Origin: Candidatus Bathyarchaeota archaeon
GTDB lineage: Archaea > Thermoproteota > Bathyarchaeia > Bathyarchaeales > Bathyarchaeaceae
Assembly: GCA_963697165.1 (NCBI GenBank)
Contig: CAVOMX010000022.1
Span: 21,485-85,484, forward strand
Length of the DNA stretch: 64,000 bases
Direction of reading: 5' to 3'
A program made the translations under genes and the position numbers. The notes under the pieces are model-generated. The model was given only the letters and a program-made list of their open reading frames with translations, searched no databases and was not told where the DNA came from. Positions 42,056 to 51,065 of this stretch are shown piece after piece; position 1 is the stretch's first letter, and each line of letters starts with the position of its first letter.

Positions 42056-42280
42056 TTAACATTGGTTTTGTTCCAGCAACTCTCGCCACATCTTCAGGCT
42101 CTCTTCAGCAGCCTTTTGGTCTAACTTTTCGATTGCGTATCCCGCATGAACTAGCACATACTCGCCTACATGAGCGTCCACTAGCATGACGTTTACTTCT
42201 AGGGCAACTCCCTGCCCAAAATCTACCTTGGCGACGTCTCCATTAACTTCAAGAACTTTTGCCGGAATCGCAAGACACAT
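42056..42280 (-). CDS. hypC: Hydrogenase chaperone HypC
   Basis: MCLAIP, YVLVHAGYAI. Confidence 0.97.
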   Translation of the reverse strand: MCLAIPAKVLEVNGDVAKVDFGQGVALEVNVMLVDAHVGEYVLVHAGYAIEKLDQKAAEESLKMWRELLEQNQC

Positions 42281-42430
42281 CTTAATTATCCCCTATCAGT
42301 TCGGAACTTTTATCCAAAACTTTTTGTGATACTGAAAAGTGTCTGATTTCCCCTTTTATTTAACCTATTGGTTTTTTCTACGCGCATTAAAAAAAGACTG
42401 CCAAAAACGTGCAAATCTTATTTTTTTATT

Positions 42431-42772
42431 TTATCCTGAGGGAATGAGCCAATCTTTTTCGTTGCAGTTCGGGCATTTCAGATTGTATGCCACCGTTGCT
42501 GTGGGAACAGGGTCTGTTCCTCGAAACTTTACGGTAAATAATAGCCTTAGATATGAAACCGTGAAGTTGTGCTTACAACTGTTGCATTGGAATTCTCTGA
42601 AACTCTTTCTATACGCAAAGGCTACGAGAGCGATGGGAATTATGAGACCGACAATAATCAGGATAGCAATTACAGTTTGATTAATTATTATAAACTGGAG
42701 TATGAGGAAAACTCCAACAGCAACTGTCAAAATGAGGATAGTGTCCCTAGTCGTATAGCCTGAGAACCCCAT
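42431..42772 (-). CDS. Membrane-anchored Zn-ribbon protein
   Basis: Two TM helices followed by CNSC and CPNC. Confidence 0.7.
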   Translation of the reverse strand: MGFSGYTTRDTILILTVAVGVFLILQFIIINQTVIAILIIVGLIIPIALVAFAYRKSFREFQCNSCKHNFTVSYLRLLFTVKFRGTDPVPTATVAYNLKCPNCNEKDWLIPSG

Positions 42773-42831
42773 CTAATACACACATCCCTTGTTCTATTTT
42801 GCAGTCTGTTAGGCTTGAGCATTTGCGCCAC

Positions 42832-45102
42832 TTACTGCTTCTGGAATCCTGTAACGATGGCTTGTCCGAAGGAGGTTCCTCCGTCTCCTGCTGGAATTTT
42901 GTTGTGGACAAGGAACTTGAAGCCCGCCTTCTCTACAGTTCTTCTGATTGTTTCTGTTATGTGCTCGTTGTAGGCTACTCCACCCGAGAAACCGACATGC
43001 TTGACTTGTAGCCGCGCCGCCTCCTCTGTTGCAAGCTCCGCTAATCCTCTGGCAAGATATGATTGGGTTGAGCACGCCAAATCTGCTGTAGAGAATCTGT
43101 CTTTGTTGGTGAAGATTTCGTGGACAAGAAACGTGGTATCCAAAACATTCCCCTTAAATCTAGGCGACAATTTTAGCACATCTTTTCCTTTCATTGCTGT
43201 GGATTCCAGCTTCATGGCAGGCTCCCCCTCATAACTGCGCTCATAACATATTCCCAGCATGGCTGAAACCCCATCCAGCACCCTTCCGCAACTCGTGGTC
43301 TCTGGCGCAGACCCCTTCTCCAACTGCTTAACAATCAATTCAGCCTCATTTTTATCATAAGGCAAGTGACTGCTCTTCGTAAGCAGCCATTTTGTAACAT
43401 CCATTTTTCTGTGAAGTATCCCCGCAGCCATCCGTAACGGGTGATACGTTGCCAAGTCGCCCCCAACCATGGGCTGACTCTCAAGATGTGCCACTCTTCT
43501 GAAGCCTTCTCTGGTGCAGTAGAGGACTTCGCCGCCCCAAGCCGTGCCGTCAGAGCCGTAGCCATAGCCATCACATGTTACTCCCACAATCTCTTCGACG
43601 TTCCATTCCGCCATCAGCGCCGCAGCATGAGCATGATGATGCTGAACCTGAACAACCTGACAACCAAGCCTGTTTCCTAAGTCTTGAGACAGTTTTGTTG
43701 TGGTGAATCTGGGATGAAGGTCACATGCCACAGCCTCTACTTTGCAGTTTGTCAATTTTGTCAGGTGGTCTATTGAGTCTTTCAGGAATCTGAGATTCTC
43801 AAGATTCTCCACGTCTCCTATATGCTGGGAAATGAATGCCCTGTTCTCTGTTAGGATGCAGGAGGTGACGTTGAGTTCTCCACCAACCGCCAAGACGCAG
43901 CGATCAGAAATCTGCTTCATCTGAACTGGCTCAGGAGCATATCCTCTTGAACGCCGAATCAAACAAGGGTCTTTATCGTGGAAGCGAACAACCGAATCAT
44001 CACACCTCTGGGCTATTGGTCGATTATGTAACAGAAAATAGTCAACCGTGGCGCCCAGCTTGGTTATTGCTTCATTATTGTCTGTGACTATGGGTTCGCT
44101 GGGCGGGTTTGCACTGGTCATAACAAACGCGGACTCTTTAACGTCATCGAAGAGCATGGCATGTAGTCCCGTGTATGGAAGCATCACGCCTACGCTGTGG
44201 AGTTCTGGAGAAACCAGTTCCGAAAGACTATAATCGTCTCTTTTTTTGAGCAGAATAATGGGTTTACGATAAGAAGTCAGCAGCTTTGCTTCCCAAGGAT
44301 TCACTTCAGCAAACGACCTGACTGTCTCTAGGTCTGGAGCCATTATTGCGAAGGGCTTCTGTTTTCTGTGCTTATCCTTTCGCAGTCTGGCAACGGGTTC
44401 TGTTTTGGTTGTGGCTGTGGCAACATGAAACCCCCCGTTTCCCTTTATCGCAACAATACTGCCTTCCTCTAGAAGCCGTCCTGTCTCTCTAATCGGGTCT
44501 TCAGACTCTATGGGTTCTCCCCTGTTAGAAACAAGGTAAACTTTTGGTCCACACTTGGGGCATGCTAATGTTTGGGCGTGGAATCTGCGGTTTGATGGGT
44601 CACAATATTCTCTGGCACAAAAAGCACACATCTCAAAATCTTTCATTGTAGTGTTTGGTCTATCGTATGGAAGCCCCTTGATTATGGTGTATCTTGGACC
44701 ACAGTCTGTGCAGGTTATGAAGAAGTAGTTGAAGCGCCTGTTTTTGGGGTCCCGCAGTTCCCGTAAGCATTCATTACAGATTGAAATGTCGGGCGGTATT
44801 ACAGACCCTGATAGTTTGGCGTCGCCAGAGCTTTTTGTTATCGTAAACTCGTTGAAGCCCTCTTCGTCTTTCTTATAGTCTGTTGTTATGTTGTAGATTT
44901 GTGCCAAAGAAGGCTTCTCTGTTTTCAAATCCTCTAAGAACTGGACAATGTTGGGTTTTTTGCCCTCGACAATTATTTCGACGAAAGCGTCTCCCCTGTT
45001 TCTCACGTAGCCTAGCAGCCCATTCTTTACTGCTATCCGATAGATGAATGGGCGAAAACCCACGCCCTGAACTATGCCGCTGACCTTAATTTCGGCACGC
45101 AA
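42832..45102 (-). CDS. hypF: Carbamoyltransferase HypF
   Basis: GIVQGVGFRPF acylphosphatase domain, Zn fingers, RRFHAQ, QHHHAH, DGGTSFGQ. Confidence 0.98.
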   Translation of the reverse strand: MRAEIKVSGIVQGVGFRPFIYRIAVKNGLLGYVRNRGDAFVEIIVEGKKPNIVQFLEDLKTEKPSLAQIYNITTDYKKDEEGFNEFTITKSSGDAKLSGSVIPPDISICNECLRELRDPKNRRFNYFFITCTDCGPRYTIIKGLPYDRPNTTMKDFEMCAFCAREYCDPSNRRFHAQTLACPKCGPKVYLVSNRGEPIESEDPIRETGRLLEEGSIVAIKGNGGFHVATATTKTEPVARLRKDKHRKQKPFAIMAPDLETVRSFAEVNPWEAKLLTSYRKPIILLKKRDDYSLSELVSPELHSVGVMLPYTGLHAMLFDDVKESAFVMTSANPPSEPIVTDNNEAITKLGATVDYFLLHNRPIAQRCDDSVVRFHDKDPCLIRRSRGYAPEPVQMKQISDRCVLAVGGELNVTSCILTENRAFISQHIGDVENLENLRFLKDSIDHLTKLTNCKVEAVACDLHPRFTTTKLSQDLGNRLGCQVVQVQHHHAHAAALMAEWNVEEIVGVTCDGYGYGSDGTAWGGEVLYCTREGFRRVAHLESQPMVGGDLATYHPLRMAAGILHRKMDVTKWLLTKSSHLPYDKNEAELIVKQLEKGSAPETTSCGRVLDGVSAMLGICYERSYEGEPAMKLESTAMKGKDVLKLSPRFKGNVLDTTFLVHEIFTNKDRFSTADLACSTQSYLARGLAELATEEAARLQVKHVGFSGGVAYNEHITETIRRTVEKAGFKFLVHNKIPAGDGGTSFGQAIVTGFQKQ

Positions 45103-45234
45103 AGGTTAGCTGAACTCCATCTAAACCAGAAAAACATCTTTCATGACGCCTCTAATAAAGAGATACATTTTACAAATAGTTAGCCTCAGAACTATCTTGG
45201 ATTCAGGCCGTATTTTGTCGCCAAATTTCTTGCC

Positions 45235-45246
45235 TTATAACCGCTT
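45235..45246 (+). promoter_or_regulatory. 12-bp motif TTATAACCGCTT (copy 2)
   Basis: Exact match to reverse complement of 37234-37245. Confidence 0.5.
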
Positions 45247-45330
45247 TAAGAGAAAACTTTAAGTTTGATGTCAAGAAGTGAAGTATTCTCAATACTTCAG
45301 GAAAAAAATGACTTCTGAGTGTAGAGCAAG

Positions 45331-46540
45331 ATGACTACAGAAACATGTCGAACCGCTGGAATAGAAATCGCAGATGACTATTGTAGCCGCTGCGGTATTT
45401 GTGTTGCTGTTTGTCCCTTCGAAGCCATATCAAAGGATGAAGAAAAGAACAAAATCATTTTGGACATTGAAGAGTGCCGGGTCTGTGGCTTATGTGTAAG
45501 CGCTTGCCCCCTGTCAGCAATCGACCTTGTATACTATAATGTTGATTCACTGACCAAAAAAGTCCAATGTGAGATGGCTAAGAAAGGAGCAAAAACTCTC
45601 GTTCTAACATGTAGAGGCAGCAACCCTGTCACTTTCAATATAGAAGATAGTCTCAAAGACGAAAATCTGGAAAACTATGTTACCCTTCGTTTGCCTTGTG
45701 TTGGACGCGTTCCTCCAGAATTCTATCTCAACAACTTGGCTTCAGGCGTAGAGAAGATACTGGTTCTGCAGTGTGAGGAAGACTTTTGCAGATTCAAGAA
45801 GGGAAGCCAGATTGGCATCAATCGATTCGAGTTGTTGAAGGATACCGTGAAGCAGCTCGGCTATGAGACTAGTAACCTGATTATTAAAAAGAATTCTTTG
45901 AAGGCTGTTTATGAGACAGAGAAATGTGTTGGCTGCGGCAAATGCGTCTTCATCTGTCCCTATGACGCCATAGTATGGAAAGACGTTAGCACGCCAGAAA
46001 TAAAAACTGAAGATTGTATGGGTTGCGGAGCCTGCGCTCTTGTTTGTCCACATCAAGCAATAGAGCTTAGAGGCTACGAGTTTGAGCCCGTATCCGAGAT
46101 TATCAAGAACTGCAGCGGTAAAGCCGCTAAAATCAATGCTCAGGGCAAACCCGCTATCTTGCTCTTTGTTTGTCAGTGGTCCGAGTTTTCGGCCTTGGAT
46201 GATGTACAAAAAGGCTGCCTTGGAAGCGACATCACAATCATTGAGCTTCCATGCGCTAAGGGCTTCGATCCTGTTCTTGTTCTGGAAGCGTTGAGCCTAG
46301 GCTTTGATGGTGTTATGGTCAGTCGTTTGTCCAGAAGAATTATGTAAGCTTGAGGAAGGAACAGAGTTGGCTGAAAGGAACTTCTCTGCTCTAAAGACTG
46401 TTCTTAAGCAGTATAGTTTGGATGATCGTTTCGACACCTTCCGTGTTAGTCCCAAGTATCCTGGAGAATTCAATGCGAAGCTGGAGTCGTTCAAGCAGAA
46501 GATTTCTTCTATACTTAAACCGGAGGACAAAAGCACCTAA
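45331..46540 (+). CDS. Tandem ferredoxin-MvhD-ferredoxin-MvhD Fe-S protein, +1 frameshift at ~46320
   Basis: Two 2[4Fe-4S] domains alternating with two MvhD/FlpD-like Cys patterns (LTC..LPCVGRV..CEEDFC; FVCQWS..LPCAKG..CPEELC). Confidence 0.82.
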
Positions 46541-46558
46541 ACATGGATGTGATGTGGA

Positions 46559-47392
46559 ATGTATGAGATTGTTACTAAAAAAGAACTTGCACCGAACATA
46601 TACTTGATTGAGCTTGTTGCGGAGGATGTAGCAAAGAAGTCTCATCCTGGACAGTTCGTGATTTTGCGTCTTGATGATAAGGGAGAACGTGTTCCTCTGA
46701 CAATTGCAGGCATTGATCTTAAGAAGGGAACTGTGGCTACTGCTTTTCATTCTGTTGGCAGAACCACAAAGAAGTTGGCTAAGTTGAGTGTGGGCGATTC
46801 TATACTGGATCTTTCTGGTCCGTTGGGTAACCCTGCTGAACTTAGCAATTCTGGTCGGGTTTTGCTTGTTGGCGGCGGAGTCTGGTGTGCTCCGTTGTAT
46901 TATGTGGCTCAGGCTCTTCGTGAAAAAGGAAACAAGATTGTAGTTGTTGTGGCGGGCAGAACCAAGAATGATATGGTTTATGCGAATGAGTTGAAGAAGG
47001 TCAGTGACGAGTTCTATGTTGCTACTGATGATGGCTCCGAGGGATATGAGGGGCTTGGCTTTTTGGCGGATGTGTTGAAGTCTCAGAAGTTTGATCATGC
47101 GGTGGCTATGGGTCCTGTTTCGATGCTTAAGAAGGTGGTTGATTTTACTCGTCCTTATGGTTTGAAGACTCTGGTTACTTTGGCGTCGTTGATGGTTGAT
47201 GGCACTGGCATGTGTGGTGCCTGCCGTGTGACTGTGGGCGGAGAAACAAAGTTTGCTTGTATGGATGGTCCAGAGTTTGATGGGCTTGAGGTCGATTTTG
47301 AGGAGCTTATTCAGAGGCAGCGTGTGTATTTGCCTGAGGAGAGGATGGCATCTATGATTTACGATAAATTGGGAGGTGTCAAACGTGGATAA
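46559..47392 (+). CDS. nfnA: NfnA/SudB (FAD, [2Fe-2S] small subunit)
   Basis: PGQFVI, GERVPLTI, GPLG, DGTGMCGACR, CMDGPEFD. Confidence 0.92.
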   Translation: MYEIVTKKELAPNIYLIELVAEDVAKKSHPGQFVILRLDDKGERVPLTIAGIDLKKGTVATAFHSVGRTTKKLAKLSVGDSILDLSGPLGNPAELSNSGRVLLVGGGVWCAPLYYVAQALREKGNKIVVVVAGRTKNDMVYANELKKVSDEFYVATDDGSEGYEGLGFLADVLKSQKFDHAVAMGPVSMLKKVVDFTRPYGLKTLVTLASLMVDGTGMCGACRVTVGGETKFACMDGPEFDGLEVDFEELIQRQRVYLPEERMASMIYDKLGGVKRG

Positions 47393-48803
47393 AGAAAAAA
47401 GAAAACATGTTATTCCAATGGCGAAGCAGGATGTTTTAGATCGGATTCACAACTTCTATGAGGTAGCCTTGGGATACAATGAAGAGCAGGCTGTTGCAGA
47501 GGCTGAGCGGTGTCTGCAGTGTCCTAATCCTCATTGTGTGGAGGGATGCCCTGTGGATATTGATATTCCGGCTTTCATTAAGGAGATTAAAGAGAAGAAC
47601 TTTCTTGCTTCGAGTGCAAAATTGAAAGAGAAGAACAGTTTGCCTGCTGTCTGTGGGCGGGTTTGTCCTCAGGAGAATCAGTGTCAGCAGATGTGTGTGT
47701 TGGGTAAGATGGGTGACCCCATATCAATTGGTAGGCTAGAGCGGTTTGCTTCTGATTATGAGCGCAAGAAGGGCGTTACAGTTCCTGCTAAAGATGCGCC
47801 TCTTGTGACCGGTAAAGTGGCGATTGTGGGTTCTGGGCCTGCAGGTCTTACTGCCGCTGCTGATTTGGTTAAGTTGGGTCATGGAGTTGTGATGTTTGAG
47901 TCTCTTCACTTGGCTGGAGGTGTGTTGATGTATGGTATTCCCGAGTTTCGTCTACCAAAGGAAATTGTGCAGGCTGAGGTTGAGTATATCAAGAAGCTTG
48001 GCGTTGACGTTAAAACCAATTATACAATTGGTAGAATCTATACCATTGACGAGTTGTTTGCAGACGGTTTTGACGCGGTTTTTGTTGGTAGCGGTGCTGG
48101 TTTTCCCAATTTCATGAGGATTCCGGGAGAGAACTTGGGCGGAGTTTATTCTGCCAACGAGTTTTTGATTCGGGTTAACTTGATGAAGGCTTACCTGTTT
48201 CCGGAGTATGATACGCCGATAAGGATTGGAAAGAAGGTTGCTGTTATTGGCGGTGGTAACGTTGCGATGGATTCTGCGCGTTGCTCTTTGAGGTTGGGTG
48301 CGGATGAGGTGTACATCGTTTATCGTCGGTCTAAGGAGGAGCTTCCTGCCCGTGCTGAGGAGGCGGAGAATGCTGAGGAAGAAGGTATCATATTCAGGTT
48401 GCTTACGAATCCGGTGAAGTTTTTGGGTGACGAGAGCGGCTGGGTGAAAGGTATGGAGTGTATCAAGATGGAGCTTGGTGAGCCTGACGCTTCGGGACGG
48501 TGTAGACCAGTTCCCATTGAGGGTTCAGAGTTTATTATGGATGTGGATACTGCGATTATTGCTATTGGACAGAGTCCGAATCCTCTTATTCAACGGACTA
48601 CCGAGGGTCTTGAAACTACAAGGTATGGCACGATTGTTGTGCTGGAGGAGACTGGGGCGACTACGAAAGAGGCAGTTTATGCTGGTGGAGACGTTGTCAG
48701 CGGCGCGGCCACGGTTATCAGTGCTATGGGTGCAGGAAAGACGGCTGCCAAGAGTATTCATGAGTATATTTTGAGCAAGAAGGGTGCCAAAAAGAGCAGT
48801 TAA
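47385..48803 (+). CDS. nfnB: NfnB/SudA (GltD-like bifurcating large subunit)
   Basis: EAERCLQC, CGRVCPQE-QC, GSGPAGL, YGIPEFRLP, GGGNVAMD, TVISAMGAG. Confidence 0.93.
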   Translation: MDKEKRKHVIPMAKQDVLDRIHNFYEVALGYNEEQAVAEAERCLQCPNPHCVEGCPVDIDIPAFIKEIKEKNFLASSAKLKEKNSLPAVCGRVCPQENQCQQMCVLGKMGDPISIGRLERFASDYERKKGVTVPAKDAPLVTGKVAIVGSGPAGLTAAADLVKLGHGVVMFESLHLAGGVLMYGIPEFRLPKEIVQAEVEYIKKLGVDVKTNYTIGRIYTIDELFADGFDAVFVGSGAGFPNFMRIPGENLGGVYSANEFLIRVNLMKAYLFPEYDTPIRIGKKVAVIGGGNVAMDSARCSLRLGADEVYIVYRRSKEELPARAEEAENAEEEGIIFRLLTNPVKFLGDESGWVKGMECIKMELGEPDASGRCRPVPIEGSEFIMDVDTAIIAIGQSPNPLIQRTTEGLETTRYGTIVVLEETGATTKEAVYAGGDVVSGAATVISAMGAGKTAAKSIHEYILSKKGAKKSS

Positions 48804-48949
48804 GCGGGTAACTTCGGTTACCATCTTTCTTTATTTTTTGTTTGCTTAGGATGTCGTGTTTTAGTATCGTTTATTAAAGACGTTTTTCCTTTGTTTTACT
48901 CTCCCACTAAAAAAGTTGTCTTCCTTTGTGGTTGAAGAAGGTTTAGTTG

Positions 48950-49204
48950 ATGTCTGAAAAGAAGGTCGCAGCCGAAACAAAGTTGACGAGGGAGATTAAG
49001 ATGGGTGATTTGGATCCCCAGTTTAAGCATGAGGTTAGCAAGTTTCGGGCATCAAGAATCTGGAGACGTGCTTTCAGTGTGGCACCTGAACTAAGGGCTG
49101 CCTGATTGCGAGGTAACCCTGGCTTCACCCCAGAAGAAATGGCACTAGACGAACTCCGAGTAGACACCACAAACATACTAAACACCAGCAAACAATCATA
49201 TTAG
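48950..49204 (+). pseudogene. hdrC 5' fragment joined to probable hdrB 3' fragment (deletion scar)
   Basis: MSEKK..DLDPQFKHEVSK / IKNLETCFQCGT*TKGCLIAR (HdrC-like first cluster motif) then LGFTPEEMALDELRVD..* (HdrB-like C-terminus). Confidence 0.65.
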
Positions 49205-49316
49205 GAGACTAATAACAGTGGATTGTTGGATTTAGTCTTTTTCTGGAAAATTTAAGCAACTATAAGTTTTAATTGCTTCCCTTAACCCTTCCATAATTAA
49301 CGTAGGTTGTGTGGGC

Positions 49317-49821
49317 ATGGCTGGTTGTGAAGAACAGGATGTTGACTATCGAATCTTCTCTAAAAGACTGGTTTTTGGAGCTGAGATAGTTGTTGTTGCT
49401 GGATTGGGAATCCGTTTCGGAGAGACGACTTTGTTGGAGTAGAAATCGTAAGAAACCTGAAAATAAAGTTTCAAAGTCTGTTTACTCTGATAGAAGCCGA
49501 AACCATTCCCGAAAGCTTCATGCAGCAAATAATCAGATTCAAGCCCACACATATATCTGCTCGTTGACGCAGGCATAATAAACAAGACAGCCCGGAACCC
49601 CGCAGCTTGCAGACCCGACACAGCTGATAAGAAAAACGTCAATCTCAACACACACCCTGCCACTGAGAATCTTTTGCGACTACCTAACAGAAACCACAGC
49701 CGCCAAAATCGGTCTCCTCATAATCCAGCCAATGGACACAAGCTTCGGAGAAGGACTAACCCCAAAACTCAAACAAACCGCAAAAACCCTGACAAACCTG
49801 CTACAGAAACTACTCCCATAA
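49317..49821 (+). pseudogene. hycI: Hydrogenase maturation endopeptidase (HycI family), multiple indels
   Basis: Manual translation across frames: VVVAG-GNPFRRDDFVGV, IEAETIPES, KPTH--LVDA, ISTHTLPL, IQP---SFGEGLT. Confidence 0.8.
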
Positions 49822-49824
49822 CAT

Positions 49825-50420
49825 CTATTCTTTGCTTTTTGTTTTCGCCAACAAAAACTGGTGAAGCCGCGGAAACCTGCAAGTCAACTTTCTTGTTGGA
49901 ATCAACAAGCTTATGCGCAGCAAGATCTCCTACACCCTTCACGTCGTAGCCTCTCTTCCTGAAATCCTCAACCGTCCACTTGCTAACATGAGCCTGAAAC
50001 GGATTACCCAAAACATGCCCTTTAGGCTGCCTAAAAAACGACCGAAGGCGTCGACACTATTACTGTATCCGCAATCCTATGCATCTCATCCAACAATTTT
50101 TCACCACACCTCTTCGGCAAATGCTCAATCGTCTCTATACACGTGGCAACACTAAACTCGTTATCCTGAAACGGCAACGGCGTCTTTCTCAAATCCAACC
50201 GATGCAACTCATCATAGAAACTATGCTTCCTGCAGAAGTCAATGTAATCCTGAAAAACGTCAACCCCAACCAACCGTTTAGGAGTCCGGTAAATACGCGT
50301 CATAGCCCCAACAATGCCCCTGCCACAGCCCACATCAATCAACGACTCCACATCCTTAGGAATCTCCTCCAGCAACTCATGAAGAAAAGGACGAGTCCAT
50401 GTGGCTACTCCTGAATCCAT
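49825..50420 (-). pseudogene. Class I SAM-dependent methyltransferase, frameshift ~50043 (possibly a second ~49905)
   Basis: IDVGCGRG, ETIEHL, VSTP then NPFQAHVSKW in the next frame. Confidence 0.75.
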
Positions 50421-50552
50421 AACTTACTCTCCCACCTTATTCTTCATACTCAACGTTACAGAAAAAATAAAAGAATTGCCCTTAAGCACCAAAAAACAAC
50501 AAAAAAATAAGGTTCAAGCTGGAGCCAAAAATGCTCCAACTTCTAGTCTAGT

Positions 50553-51053
50553 TTACTTTTCGTCAGACTTTAGCGCATCTTGGAACAGTTTCTTGACAGC
50601 AGTTATCCTAGCCTTCTGTGAAACAATATCTTTGGTCGTGAAATCCAAAGCCTCCTCAGGACACCACTCTACACACTGGGGCTCGCCGTCACAGAGGTCA
50701 CAAACGAAAACCACTTTTGTTTCAGGATGCAACTGAATAGCGCCATAATCGCAGGCTTCAATACACCATCCACAGCCGTTACACTTGTCCTCATCAACCA
50801 AGATAGTACCATTCTCATCTGACTGCCTCAACGCATCACGCGGACAAGCAGCCACACAAGGAGAATCCTCACAAAGCCTACAGGCAACCGCCAAATTCAC
50901 AAAAGAATTCAAACGAATAGCCCGTATACGAGACTTGGTAGGATTATAGGTGTTTTCATGTTTCATTGAACAAGCGTATTCGCAGACACAGCAGCCAATA
51001 CACTTAGAGGGGTCACCAGAAACAAACTTTTTTTCATGAATAGTTGGCATCAA
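50553..51053 (-). CDS. 4x[4Fe-4S] electron-transfer subunit (AorA/DmsB-like)
   Basis: Four Fe-S Cys motifs; immediately downstream of aor. Confidence 0.9.
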   Translation of the reverse strand: MMPTIHEKKFVSGDPSKCIGCCVCEYACSMKHENTYNPTKSRIRAIRLNSFVNLAVACRLCEDSPCVAACPRDALRQSDENGTILVDEDKCNGCGWCIEACDYGAIQLHPETKVVFVCDLCDGEPQCVEWCPEEALDFTTKDIVSQKARITAVKKLFQDALKSDEK

Positions 51054-51065
51054 ACATCATCCTCC

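Noticed and set aside
49080..49095. In-frame TGA at a Cys position of the HdrC-like motif as selenocysteine
   Set aside because: It lies in a frameshifted, truncated relic with other degenerate substitutions; no SECIS-like element or Sec machinery was seen
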